DNA of 64,000 nucleotides from positions 15,301-79,300 of the forward strand of contig JAGXSU010000108.1 in NCBI GenBank assembly GCA_018333785.1, in the 5' to 3' direction. The notes under the pieces are model-generated. The model was not told the origin of the DNA and made no database searches. It saw only the letters and a program-made list of their open reading frames with translations. Numbering within the stretch: position 1 is the first letter of the stretch; every line of letters begins with the position of its first letter. The stretch comes from Methylomicrobium sp. (lineage in GTDB: Bacteria > Pseudomonadota > Gammaproteobacteria > Methylococcales > Methylomonadaceae). Below are positions 29,683 to 39,736 of this stretch, piece after piece. A program made the position numbers and the translations under genes.

Positions 29683-31245
29683 ATGGCAAATTGGGCTTGT
29701 TTGATTCCGTTGTTTCCTTTGATAGCCGCGGTGATGATAGGACTGGGCTGTTTTTCCGGCTTATTGCCGTCATTGGCTTCAGAGCGCATCACGGCAAAAC
29801 TGGCGGTCTGGAGCTTATCGCTCAGTTGCTTGCTGGCGTTAGGGCTTTTGACGGCATTTTTGCCGGGTTATCAAACCCATGAGCATGCCCAGTTCGTGTG
29901 GCTGCAAAGTGGTGATTTACAATTGCCGCTGCGAGTGACTGTTAATTCATTAAATCTGGTTCTGGCCGGATTGTTTTCTATCATTTTTGTCATCGTTGCC
30001 CGGTTTTCAGTCAATTACATGCATAAGGAGCGAGGCTTTCACCGCTTTTTTTCTATTTTGTGCCTATTTGCGGCAGCGATGTTTTTGCTGGTTCTTTCCG
30101 GTTCAGCATTAAGCGCATTTATGGGTTGGGAAATCGCCGGAATTTGTTCATTCCTGTTGATTGCCTATGCTTACGACCGACCGGTAGCCGCCAATAATGC
30201 GGCAAGAGCGTTTATTACTAACCGGGTAGGGGATGCCGGGTTTTTGATGGGTATTGGTTTGAGCCTGCATTGGATAGGTTCTGCCAACTGGCAGGATATT
30301 AATGAGGGTGCGGCCGATTTGTTAGGAAATGATGCGGTCATTCTCGCACTCTGTTTTTCTGTAGCCGCGTTTGCCAAGTCCGCTCAAATTCCATTTTCAC
30401 CCTGGCTGTCAAGAGCGATGGAAGGTCCAACGCCATCGAGTGCGGTTTTCTATGGCGCTATTATGATCCATGCCGGTGTCATTGTAATTCTTACCTTACA
30501 ACCTTTGTTTGAAGCAGCCCCGTTGGCTATGGGCGTGATTGCCGTGGTTGGGCTGTTAACCGCATTTTATGGCTGGTTTTCCGGATTAACGCAGACGGAT
30601 ATCAAAAGTTCGCTGGTTTTTTCGGTCCAGGCTCAAATCGGTCTGATGTTTTTGGAATGCGGGTTGGGATTCTGGCAGTTGGCCGCCTGGCACTTGGGCG
30701 CGCATACGTTGGTGAGAAGTTATCAGTTTTTGACAGCCCCTTCTATTTTACATAATGCCCACGATAATCCCGTACGCACTGTCCCTTCCTTTTTGGCTGT
30801 CAGGCCGGGGCTATTTGCCGCAGCGCAGCAACGCTTATGGCTGGAGCCAGCCATCGAATGGGTGGTTGTGAAACCGGTCCGCCGGCTTGCAAGAGACCTG
30901 AGTTTTTTTGAAATACGCTTTGTCGACCCCTTGCTGGGTTCTCCTGCGCCAGCCATTCGTGCTATTTCAACACTGACTCAAATCGAGGAAAGAAAAATCG
31001 GCGCTCGTCTGGATAATGATGAGGACCGTTTCGCCACAGGCAGCGGTTTAGCGGGTAAGTTGACCGAATGGTCGGCGGGTCTGGTGAACTGGTTTGAATA
31101 TCATTTTGTATTGAGAGGTGTGGGTAAAGAATCAATCAAATACGGTAGAAAACTCGGTAAATCCGCAAATAAACTTGAGCAGATTTTGCAGATGCCCCGA
31201 TATCTGGTGATTTTTGTGCTCATCAGCCTGCTGATCGCTTCCTGA
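29683..31245 (+). CDS. dabB: NuoL/MrpA-like antiporter-type membrane protein (DabB-like)
   Basis: FSPWLSRAMEGPTPSSAVFYGAIMIHAGV is a NuoL-type signature. The ATG at 29683 has GGAG 7 nt upstream; the ORF track gives GTG at 29677. The C-terminus is an amphipathic stretch plus a final TM segment YLVIFVLISLLIAS. Confidence 0.8.
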   Translation: MANWACLIPLFPLIAAVMIGLGCFSGLLPSLASERITAKLAVWSLSLSCLLALGLLTAFLPGYQTHEHAQFVWLQSGDLQLPLRVTVNSLNLVLAGLFSIIFVIVARFSVNYMHKERGFHRFFSILCLFAAAMFLLVLSGSALSAFMGWEIAGICSFLLIAYAYDRPVAANNAARAFITNRVGDAGFLMGIGLSLHWIGSANWQDINEGAADLLGNDAVILALCFSVAAFAKSAQIPFSPWLSRAMEGPTPSSAVFYGAIMIHAGVIVILTLQPLFEAAPLAMGVIAVVGLLTAFYGWFSGLTQTDIKSSLVFSVQAQIGLMFLECGLGFWQLAAWHLGAHTLVRSYQFLTAPSILHNAHDNPVRTVPSFLAVRPGLFAAAQQRLWLEPAIEWVVVKPVRRLARDLSFFEIRFVDPLLGSPAPAIRAISTLTQIEERKIGARLDNDEDRFATGSGLAGKLTEWSAGLVNWFEYHFVLRGVGKESIKYGRKLGKSANKLEQILQMPRYLVIFVLISLLIAS

Positions 31246-31249
31246 GGGC

Positions 31250-32824
31250 ATGATGGCTATTCAATTATTTTCATGGTCTGAAACTGCGGCATTTCCGGTG
31301 TTGAGTGTCATGACATTTATTCCTTTGGTGGCAGTCATTATCATCAGCGGGTTCAAGTCCGAGACGCTTACGATAAAAGTCAGTTTTACTGCGGCAATTG
31401 TTAACGTGCTGCTCGGTATTTATTTGCTGATCATCTTCGATTCCGAAACAGCGGGAATCCATTTGTCTGAAAGGGTCGAGCTGCTGGGCATGACCTACCG
31501 CGTCGGTGTCGACGGCACGAATATTCTGTTTATACCTTTAACAGCCGTCGTGTCGCTTTTGGCGCTGACGTATACCCGTATCACCCGCCATGCTCACGAT
31601 ACGTTGCTAATTTCCTGTTTGCTGGGATATGAAGGCATTCTGATTGGTGCCTTTTCGGCGTTGAATTCACTGCAATTCTGGTTGTGGAGTGCACTGGAAT
31701 TGTTGCCGGTGACTTTTCTAACGATTTATGCGGGCACAGGCCTTAATCGGCGCATGATTATTTTCAGAATTTTGCAGTTCTGGATTTTCGGTCTTGCTAT
31801 GACCTTGACCGGTTTTTTGCTCTTATCTTTCGGACTGGAAAAAAACGGTATGCCATTGACTTTCGATTGGCTGGCATTGAAGCAGCATAACGTTTCGCTG
31901 GATAACGAAGCGTTGATATTTATGCTGTTGTTTTACGGCTTTTCAGTCAGGATGCCATTATTCCCGTTTCATGGCTGGTTGCCGATGATTGCCGAACAAG
32001 GTACGGTCGCCAGTGCTGCGATTTTTCTGGTTGGGTTAAAGCTGGGTATTTATGCGGTGATCCGCTTCATATTGCCGCTGGTTCCCGGCGCGGCTGAGCA
32101 ATGGGCGGGGTTTGTCGTCAATTTGGGGTTGATCGGTATTTTTTACGGTGCGCTACTGGCGTTGATGCAGATCAATATTCGACGGCTTATGGCTTTTGCC
32201 GTCATCAGTCATACCGGCATGCTGGTTATCGGCATATTTTCGTTCAACGATTACGCCCTGGAAGGCGTGCTTCTTTTATCTGTTGCTTACGGACTTGCGA
32301 CGGCCGGGATGCTGTTCAGTGTCGGGTTGATTTATGAAAGGAGCCGAACCGCATTTTTGCCGAGGCTGGGCGGTTTGTTTGAAACCAATTCAACCATAGC
32401 CATTTTATTTCTGATTTCTTCGCTCAGTACTATGGTCATGCCGGGAACGCCGGGATTCGATGCGGCTCACTTGCTGATTGAAGGTACGATAGAAGAGCAC
32501 GGCTGGTTTGTCGCAGTCGCAATTTTAGTCGGTAACGTGCTTGCCGCCGGTTTTCTTTTACGGGCTTTTCAGCGGATATTTATTGCCAATCCCAAGCGTG
32601 CGCATCAACCTTTCAGTACGTCCCATCACCCCGTCGTGATTGAACGTATTATCACCGTGGTGATTTGTTTGCTGTTGATCGGAACCGGCTTTTATACAAC
32701 GCCCTGGTTAAAGTACATCGACCAGGACGCATCGGCTATTGGTGAGCATTATCCCGAACACGGATCGCATCATGCTAATGAACCGGTCCCCGAATCCATT
32801 GACAACCCAGGAGACCAGCCGTGA
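31250..32824 (+). CDS. NuoM-like antiporter-type membrane protein, copy 2 (divergent signature)
   Basis: HGWLPMIAEQGTVASAAIFLVGLKLGIYA. Polytopic. Starts 4 nt after the upstream stop. Confidence 0.8.
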   Translation: MMAIQLFSWSETAAFPVLSVMTFIPLVAVIIISGFKSETLTIKVSFTAAIVNVLLGIYLLIIFDSETAGIHLSERVELLGMTYRVGVDGTNILFIPLTAVVSLLALTYTRITRHAHDTLLISCLLGYEGILIGAFSALNSLQFWLWSALELLPVTFLTIYAGTGLNRRMIIFRILQFWIFGLAMTLTGFLLLSFGLEKNGMPLTFDWLALKQHNVSLDNEALIFMLLFYGFSVRMPLFPFHGWLPMIAEQGTVASAAIFLVGLKLGIYAVIRFILPLVPGAAEQWAGFVVNLGLIGIFYGALLALMQINIRRLMAFAVISHTGMLVIGIFSFNDYALEGVLLLSVAYGLATAGMLFSVGLIYERSRTAFLPRLGGLFETNSTIAILFLISSLSTMVMPGTPGFDAAHLLIEGTIEEHGWFVAVAILVGNVLAAGFLLRAFQRIFIANPKRAHQPFSTSHHPVVIERIITVVICLLLIGTGFYTTPWLKYIDQDASAIGEHYPEHGSHHANEPVPESIDNPGDQP

Positions 32825-34371
32825 TTGCCGCCGGTTTTCCATTGCTAAGCTGTCTTATTCTTTTGCCTTTGCTGGGTGCTCTTGTTACAGGGTTGTGTAA
32901 AGAGCTGAATTCGGCCAAACGAGTGGCCTTAGGGTTTGCCGTCATTGAGCTGATGATTGCGCTCTTTCTGGTGAGCGCCTTTGATATCAATCAAGGCAGC
33001 CGTTTTCAGTGGGTTGAGCATTACGCATGGATACCCAGTCTCAACATTGATTTTATTGTGGGTGTGGATGGTATTTCTTTACTGTTTTTGCCTTTATCTG
33101 CCTTATTGACGGTATTAACCATACTAGCTTCCTGGAATTCTGTCACGACGCTGACTCGTTTTCATTTTGCGCTGCTGCTTGTTCTGGAAGGCATTACGCT
33201 GGGCGTTTTTAGCGCTTTGGATATGATGTTGTTTTTCCTGTTCTGGGAATTAACCCTGCCGCCGATTTTCTTTTTGATCGGTTTATGGGGCATGGGGCCG
33301 CATCGGCGCGCCGCCGCCCTTAAATACACGCTGTACATGCTTTTCGGTGGTGTCCCATTATTATTCGCCATTATCATGCTGGGTATGAATCATGCTGTTC
33401 AAGCAGGCGGGCACATTCCTGAAGATTTGTCTTTCAGCTTTCCCATTTTGCTGAGCACGCCGCTTCCTGAAAATTTACAGCCAGTCATTCTGCTGCTGCT
33501 TTTATTGGGTTTTGGCGTTAAAGCGCCGTTGATTCCGTTTCATACCTGGCTACCTACGACAGCAATGGAAGCGCCGACGCAAATGACGGCATTATTGACA
33601 GGTTTAAAATTGGGTGTTTTCGGTATTCTCCGGTTTGCCTTGCCTTTGGCGCCTTCTGCGGCTATCGAATACAGCTGGATAATTGGAATACTCGGCGTCA
33701 CCACGCTGATTTACGGCAGTCTGATTGCGATTAAGCAGACCAATTTAAGAAGTATTTTAGCTTATGCGAGTTTGAGTCATGTCGGCTTGGTCATCGTGGG
33801 TATTTCCGCATTTAATATGCAGGGTATACAGGGCGCTATTTTTCAATTATTGAATTTTACGTTGATTGCCAGTTGTCTGATGCTGATGGCCGGTTTTATT
33901 CAGCACCGTATTGGCAGCACGGAAATCATTCATCTTGGTGGTTTGGCCAAAACCATGCCCCGATTGGCAACGCCGTTCTTTTTATTCGCTTTTGCCAGTA
34001 TCGGTGTGCCCGGTACCAGCGGTTTTCCTGCCGAATTATTGTTGTTCATCGGCGTGCTCGATACTTATCCCAGTCTTGCGATTACGGCAATGCTGGGAGC
34101 CATTATCGGTGCAACCTATATCATTAACTTCATGAGGCGAGCCTTTTGGGGGCCTGCTGTCAATGCCGACATAGTTGATGCGGATGATCTGAAAAGTCGT
34201 GAGCTGGCGATACTGTGCATTCCTGCCGTGCTTGTCTTGATCTTCGGGTTATTTCCAAATTTGATATTGAATATCCATTATCAAGCTGCTGAAAAATGGC
34301 TGCTTCAATTGAACAGTCCTGTTAAGGCCAAAATTATTGCACCCGATTCCCCGGTTCGATCGAGTCAATAG
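32821..34371 (+). CDS. NuoM-like antiporter-type membrane protein, copy 3
   Basis: HTWLPTTAMEAPTQMTALLTGLKLGVFG. The GTG start overlaps the upstream stop (GTGA). Confidence 0.8.
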   Translation: MIAAGFPLLSCLILLPLLGALVTGLCKELNSAKRVALGFAVIELMIALFLVSAFDINQGSRFQWVEHYAWIPSLNIDFIVGVDGISLLFLPLSALLTVLTILASWNSVTTLTRFHFALLLVLEGITLGVFSALDMMLFFLFWELTLPPIFFLIGLWGMGPHRRAAALKYTLYMLFGGVPLLFAIIMLGMNHAVQAGGHIPEDLSFSFPILLSTPLPENLQPVILLLLLLGFGVKAPLIPFHTWLPTTAMEAPTQMTALLTGLKLGVFGILRFALPLAPSAAIEYSWIIGILGVTTLIYGSLIAIKQTNLRSILAYASLSHVGLVIVGISAFNMQGIQGAIFQLLNFTLIASCLMLMAGFIQHRIGSTEIIHLGGLAKTMPRLATPFFLFAFASIGVPGTSGFPAELLLFIGVLDTYPSLAITAMLGAIIGATYIINFMRRAFWGPAVNADIVDADDLKSRELAILCIPAVLVLIFGLFPNLILNIHYQAAEKWLLQLNSPVKAKIIAPDSPVRSSQ

Positions 34372-34681
34372 CTTAAAGTTTTAAATTTTGGCCCTTCTGA
34401 TGCAGGAATTTAAGGCCCCGAATTTTTTTATAAAGGGTGTGGGCTTTTTTCTTGCCGGTGAAAGCGGATATAATGCGCTTTGTTGCATTTAAATCAAAAA
34501 TGATGTTTTATTTCCACTAATTCTTTATTAAAATAGTCAGGAATTATCTTCCTGGTTAATGGTCTTATTTTCGTCATTACATCGCTTATGGGCTTTTCTA
34601 TAAGTCGGGCAAAGTTAAACGCAGTTCAGAATAGACGGAAGCACCCCGCAGTCCTTCCGAATCCAGAGATGAGGTTAAAAC

Positions 34682-35263
34682 ATGAAAGACTATTTAATTA
34701 TTTTGGTAAGTACCATCCTGGTTAACAATTTTGTACTGGTCAAATTTTTAGGATTATGTCCCTTTATGGGGGTTTCCAGAAAGCTTGAGACGGCTCTGGG
34801 TATGGGCTTTGCCACTACGTTTGTACTGACCCTGTCTTCAGTATGCAGCTATCTTGCGAATGAATATTTGTTGATTCCTTTGGAATTGCAGTATTTAAGA
34901 ACCATTACCTTCATAGTCGTCATCGCATTTGTCGTTCAATTTACCGAACTGGTTGTCCATAAAACCAGTCCCATGCTCTATCAGGTGTTAGGTATTTATT
35001 TGCCTCTGATTACTACAAATTGCGCAGTACTTGGTGTAGCTCTGCTTAACGTTCAGGCGCAAAATGGATTTCTTCAATCGGCATTGTATGGCTTTGGCGC
35101 TGCGGTAGGTTTTTCAATGGTGTTGACGCTGTTTTCAACGATTCGTGAAAAAATTGAGGTGGCTGATGTGCCGGTTCCGTTTAAAGGAAACGCCATTTCG
35201 CTGATTACGGCCGGATTGATGTCTATGGCGTTTATGGGCTTTTCCGGTCTGGTTAGAGTCTAG
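34682..35263 (+). CDS. rnfA: Rnf electron-transport complex subunit A
   Basis: 193-aa polytopic protein, [32 protein letters not shown], in the canonical rnfABCDGE order. Confidence 0.95.
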   Translation: MKDYLIILVSTILVNNFVLVKFLGLCPFMGVSRKLETALGMGFATTFVLTLSSVCSYLANEYLLIPLELQYLRTITFIVVIAFVVQFTELVVHKTSPMLYQVLGIYLPLITTNCAVLGVALLNVQAQNGFLQSALYGFGAAVGFSMVLTLFSTIREKIEVADVPVPFKGNAISLITAGLMSMAFMGFSGLVRV

Positions 35264-35370
35264 TTTCCAGGGAAGCAATAAAAAACGGATTGCACCGGTT
35301 TTAACCCGAAGATTTAAAGATGCCAGCGTGGTCTGGGTAGTTTGCAACCGATCATTTAGAACACAATAAA

Positions 35371-35904
35371 ATGATACTTATAATTTGCGCGACATTTGCT
35401 GTATTTGGTGTGGTGCTGGGTTTCTCGGCAGTTTATTTCAAGGTTCAAGGAAATCCTATTGTCGATAAAATTGAGGCGATATTGCCTCAAACACAATGCG
35501 GGCAATGCAGTTATCCAGGATGCAGACCCTATGCCGAAGCCATCGCATCGGGAGAGGCCGATATCAATCAATGCCCGCCCGGTGGTCAGGACGGCATCAA
35601 TGCTCTGGCTGATTTGCTGGGCCTGGAAGCCAAGCCTTTGAACGATGAATTTGGCGCAGTCAAGCCAAAAAGTGTCGCCGTGATTATCGAAGAGGACTGT
35701 ATTGGTTGCACAAAATGTATTCAGGCATGTCCTGTTGACGCCATTTTGGGATCCGCGAAAATGATGCATACGGTTATTGCCAATGAATGTACCGGCTGTG
35801 AGCTTTGTGTGGCGCCTTGCCCGGTAGACTGCATTGTCATGGAGCCGATTGAACAAACTATCAGTACTTGGCAGTGGCCGGAGCCGGAAAGAAAATATGC
35901 TTAA
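35371..35904 (+). CDS. rnfB: Rnf complex subunit B (Fe-S)
   Basis: [16 protein letters not shown]...QCPPGG plus two ferredoxin motifs, [12 protein letters not shown] and [12 protein letters not shown]. Confidence 0.9.
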   Translation: MILIICATFAVFGVVLGFSAVYFKVQGNPIVDKIEAILPQTQCGQCSYPGCRPYAEAIASGEADINQCPPGGQDGINALADLLGLEAKPLNDEFGAVKPKSVAVIIEEDCIGCTKCIQACPVDAILGSAKMMHTVIANECTGCELCVAPCPVDCIVMEPIEQTISTWQWPEPERKYA

Positions 35905-37384
35905 TTTAGCGCGATTTCATGGCGGATTGCACCTGCCCAACAATAAGGAATTATCCAACCAGGCGCCTTTGCGTCAGGCAAGCATTCCTAAAAAACTGGT
36001 TTATCCGCTGATGCAGCGGCCAGGCGTTACTGTAGATCCTAAGGTTCAGGTGGGCGAGCGGGTGTTGCGGGGGCAGGTCATCGCACATTCCGATCATCCC
36101 CTTGCAACACCCGTTCATGCGGCCAGTTCCGGCGTGATAGAGGCTATTGAAGAGCGCTTGATACCCCATCCTTCCGGTATGGCTGACGTTTGTATCGTCA
36201 TCGCCACCGATGGCTTGGATGAAAGTCTGGTAACGCAGGGTGTAGCCGATTTCAGCAGCCAGGATCCTGCGTCAATCCGCACGGCGATTAAAAATGCCGG
36301 TATCGTCGGCTTGGGCGGTGCTGCTTTTCCCACGGCGATAAAGCTCAATCCCGGTCCGCAAAGAAAGCTCGATACCTTGCTTTTGAACGGCGCGGAATGT
36401 GAGCCTTATATTACCTGTGATGATTGCCTGATGCAGAATCAACCGGAGTCGGTGCTTGTCGGCGCCCAGATTTTGCTGCATTCACTTCATATCGAGCGCT
36501 GTATCGTCGCTATCGAAGACCATATGAAGCGCGCTTATGCCCGGCTTACCCAGGCAGTCGCTGCGTTAAATGACCCGCGCATAATCATTGTTCAGGTGCC
36601 GGCTATTTATCCTACCGGTGGAGAAAAACAGCTAATCAAGGTTGTAACCGGTAAGGAAACGCCCTCTGGGGGGATTCCTGCCGACATCGGAGTGTTATGC
36701 GTGAATGTCGGTACAGCATCGGCGGTTTATGATGCCGTTTGTAAAGGAAAACCGCTGACCGAGCGAGTGATAACCGTCACCGGCCGTGGGGTAAAAGAGC
36801 CGCAAAACAGGTATGTCCGCATCGGTACGCCGATCAGCGAACTCATCGAGCAATGTGGCGGCTACACTGAGCATGTCGAACGCTTGATCATGGGCGGGCC
36901 GATGATGGGTTTCGCCTTACCCGATGACGAGATCGCTGTCGTCAAGGCGACCAATTGTATATTAGCCGGAACCGCTGCCGATATTAACATCGGCAAGCAG
37001 GCCATGCCTTGTATACGTTGTGGCGATTGCGCCAAAGCCTGTCCTGTAGATTTGCTCCCGCAGCAATTGTATTGGCATAGCCGTGCTGGGAATCTGGATA
37101 AGTGTAAAGAATTCAGTTTGTTTGATTGTATTGAATGTGGCTGCTGTGAAGTGGTTTGTCCGAGTCATATTCCTCTGGTGCAATATTACCGGTCTGCAAA
37201 AAGTAAAGTGATTGCCAAAGCTAAAGAGGCTGAAAAGGCTGCTGTTGCCAAGCGGCGCCATGACATGCATCTGGAACGCAAAGCCAAAGAGCAGGCTGAA
37301 AAAGCCGAGCGTGCCCGATTGAAAAAAGAAGCATTAGCAAAAGTTAAACAAGCCAATGCAGAGAAAGAGGGAGTGACTCAATGA
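35897..37384 (+). CDS. rnfC: Rnf complex subunit C
   Basis: Starts [14 protein letters not shown], overlapping the rnfB stop by 8 nt. Contains [16 protein letters not shown] and the 4Fe-4S motifs [12 protein letters not shown] and [12 protein letters not shown], with a Lys/Glu-rich tail. Confidence 0.9.
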   Translation: MLNLARFHGGLHLPNNKELSNQAPLRQASIPKKLVYPLMQRPGVTVDPKVQVGERVLRGQVIAHSDHPLATPVHAASSGVIEAIEERLIPHPSGMADVCIVIATDGLDESLVTQGVADFSSQDPASIRTAIKNAGIVGLGGAAFPTAIKLNPGPQRKLDTLLLNGAECEPYITCDDCLMQNQPESVLVGAQILLHSLHIERCIVAIEDHMKRAYARLTQAVAALNDPRIIIVQVPAIYPTGGEKQLIKVVTGKETPSGGIPADIGVLCVNVGTASAVYDAVCKGKPLTERVITVTGRGVKEPQNRYVRIGTPISELIEQCGGYTEHVERLIMGGPMMGFALPDDEIAVVKATNCILAGTAADINIGKQAMPCIRCGDCAKACPVDLLPQQLYWHSRAGNLDKCKEFSLFDCIECGCCEVVCPSHIPLVQYYRSAKSKVIAKAKEAEKAAVAKRRHDMHLERKAKEQAEKAERARLKKEALAKVKQANAEKEGVTQ

Positions 37385-38412
37385 AATTTTCCACGGCGTT
37401 ATCGCCGCATGTGCAACCGGTCAACAGCGTCACCCGCGTCATGTTTGAGGTCATTGTTGCTCTCGTTCCCGGTATTATTGCCCTGGTATGGTTTTTTGGT
37501 CTGGGCGTTCTGATTAATGTGGTTCTGGCTGTTATTACCGCTTTGATGGCCGAGTCGCTGGTTCTGTTGGTGAGAGGGCGGCCGGTGTGGGTCAGTCTTA
37601 AAGACTTGAGTGCAGTTGTAACCGCGGTGCTTTTGGCTATTTCCTTACCGGCTATTGCGCCCTGGTGGGTGACGGTGACCGGAATTGTATTTGCCATTGT
37701 CATTGCCAAGCATTTGTACGGGGGTTTAGGTTATAACCCTTTTAATCCGGCGATGATCGGGTATGTGTTCTTATTGGTTTCTTTTCCTCTGCCGATGACC
37801 TCCTGGCCAGCAGTGGCAGGGCTGGGCACTATGACGCTGAATTTTCAGGATATTGCTCAACTGATATTCTTTGAGCGGATCCCGGAGAATGCCGATTATG
37901 ATGCTTTAACCATGGCGACGCCTTTGGATGCATTAAAAACCCAGTTGAGTTTACAAAAAACGGTATTGGAAGCTCAATCGGGTGCTGTATTCGGCTATCT
38001 GGCGGGAAAAGGTTGGGAGTGGGTGTCCTTGGCTTATCTGCTGGGTGGGCTCTGGTTAATGGTGCGTAAAATCATAAATTGGCATATACCGGTTGGGCTT
38101 ATTTTAGGCATATCGGTAATTTCCGGAATTTGCTATCTGATTGATGCGCAGCTGTATGCGCCTCCGGTGTTTCATTTGTTTGCGGGGGCGACCATGCTGG
38201 GTGCCTTTTTTATCGCGACGGATCCGGTTACTGCCGCGACCACAGTAAAAGGGCGCTTGATTTACGGGATGATGATCGGTGCGCTGGTTTATATCATCAG
38301 GGTCTGGGGCGGGTATCCGGATGCGGTTGCCTTCTCGGTGTTGCTGGCCAATCTTGCCGCGCCAGCGCTGGATTATTTCACTAAACCTCGCGTATTCGGA
38401 CACCGGGCATGA
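37381..38412 (+). CDS. rnfD: Rnf complex subunit D
   Basis: Polytopic, with FFIATDPVTAAT (FMN attachment region). ATGA overlap with rnfC. Confidence 0.9.
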   Translation: MKFSTALSPHVQPVNSVTRVMFEVIVALVPGIIALVWFFGLGVLINVVLAVITALMAESLVLLVRGRPVWVSLKDLSAVVTAVLLAISLPAIAPWWVTVTGIVFAIVIAKHLYGGLGYNPFNPAMIGYVFLLVSFPLPMTSWPAVAGLGTMTLNFQDIAQLIFFERIPENADYDALTMATPLDALKTQLSLQKTVLEAQSGAVFGYLAGKGWEWVSLAYLLGGLWLMVRKIINWHIPVGLILGISVISGICYLIDAQLYAPPVFHLFAGATMLGAFFIATDPVTAATTVKGRLIYGMMIGALVYIIRVWGGYPDAVAFSVLLANLAAPALDYFTKPRVFGHRA

Positions 38413-39047
38413 ATGAAACACTGAATAAAATCGTCATTTCAGCGGTAGCGCTTGGTGCATTCTCAATTCTTGGTTTGGGACTGGTTGCACTGATATCGAG
38501 TGCCACAGAAGATAAAATCGCGTTGAACGAAAGGCAATCGTTGTTGCAGGGTCTTAAGCAACTGGTGCCGGAGAACTTGTATGACAATGATATTGTTGCT
38601 GACCACATACTGATAAGCGATCTTAATTCGCACCTTAAAACGCCTTCTGCCATTTACCGGGCTAGAAAAAATGGCCAGCCGGTTGCTGCTGTTATTACCG
38701 CGATTGCTCCGGATGGCTATAACGGCGATATAAAATTGCTGGTCGGCATTTTAGAGGATGGAACCCTTTCCGGTGTAAGAGTCGTGGGGCATAAAGAAAC
38801 CCCCGGACTGGGTGACAAAATAGAATCATCAAGAAGCGACTGGATTTTGTCATTTAGCGGAAAATCGTTGATCAATCTTACTGACCAGGAATGGGCAGTA
38901 AAAAGAGATGGTGGCGTGTTTGATCAATTTGCAGGGGCCACCATCACGCCCAGGGCGGTAGTCAACAGAGTCAAGCTGACGCTGCAGTATTTTAAACAAA
39001 ATAAAGAAAAGATATTTTCTTTATCCGAAACGGCAGGTAAAGACTAA
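38409..39047 (+). CDS. rnfG: Rnf complex subunit G (FMN-binding)
   Basis: N-terminal TM helix and the HKETPGLGDKI FMN-bind motif. Overlaps the rnfD stop. Confidence 0.9.
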   Translation: MNETLNKIVISAVALGAFSILGLGLVALISSATEDKIALNERQSLLQGLKQLVPENLYDNDIVADHILISDLNSHLKTPSAIYRARKNGQPVAAVITAIAPDGYNGDIKLLVGILEDGTLSGVRVVGHKETPGLGDKIESSRSDWILSFSGKSLINLTDQEWAVKRDGGVFDQFAGATITPRAVVNRVKLTLQYFKQNKEKIFSLSETAGKD

Positions 39048-39736
39048 TGTTTTCCGAATACAGCAAAATAGCTAAAGAAGGGTTGTGGTTTAACAATCAG
39101 GCATTTGTCGCCTTGTTGGGCTTATGCCCCTTGCTAGCCGTAAGCAATACGGTGATCAATGGCTTGGGTCTGGGTCTGGCGACGGCATTAACGCTGATGT
39201 TGACGGGGAGTGCAATATCATTGATACGCAAAATTACGCCTTCGGAAGTTCGATTGCCTATTTTTGTCTTGGTGATTGCGTGCGTGGTTACGATTATCGA
39301 ATTGGCTATGAACGCGTGGTTTTTTGATCTTTATAAAATTCTGGGTATTTTTATTTCATTGATCGTGACCAATTGCTCCGTCATTGGCCGCGCAGAGGCT
39401 TTTGCTTCCAAGCATAGCGTTCCAAAAGCCATGATGGACGGGTTGTTTATAGGTCTTGGTTTCACTTTTGCCCTGACTTTGTTAGGCAGTTTAAGAGAAA
39501 TTATCGGCTCTGGCACTTTTTTAGCCGGTGCCGATTTGATGTTTGGACCTGCTGCAAAAGAGTGGAAAATCATTGTGATTGATGATTATTCCGGTGTTCT
39601 GCTGGCTATATTGCCTCCTGGCGCTTTTATCGGTTTGGGTTTTTTAATTGCTTTGAAGAATGTCATCGACGCTAAATTCAAGCAAAGAAAACCGGCCATT
39701 GAAGCCATTCCGGTTCAGGTGATCGCGGAATCTTGA
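39047..39736 (+). CDS. rnfE: Rnf complex subunit E
   Basis: RnfA paralogue with LLGLCPLLAVS. TAATG overlap with rnfG. Confidence 0.9.
   Translation: MFSEYSKIAKEGLWFNNQAFVALLGLCPLLAVSNTVINGLGLGLATALTLMLTGSAISLIRKITPSEVRLPIFVLVIACVVTIIELAMNAWFFDLYKILGIFISLIVTNCSVIGRAEAFASKHSVPKAMMDGLFIGLGFTFALTLLGSLREIIGSGTFLAGADLMFGPAAKEWKIIVIDDYSGVLLAILPPGAFIGLGFLIALKNVIDAKFKQRKPAIEAIPVQVIAES

Noticed and set aside
24792-34371. Reading the nuoL/nuoM-like genes as part of a respiratory complex I (nuo) or Mrp operon
   Set aside because: No NuoA-K/N, hydrophilic Nuo, or MrpB/C/E/F/G genes are adjacent, and a DUF2309/DabA gene sits in the middle. The block is a DAB-type cluster, not NDH-1.
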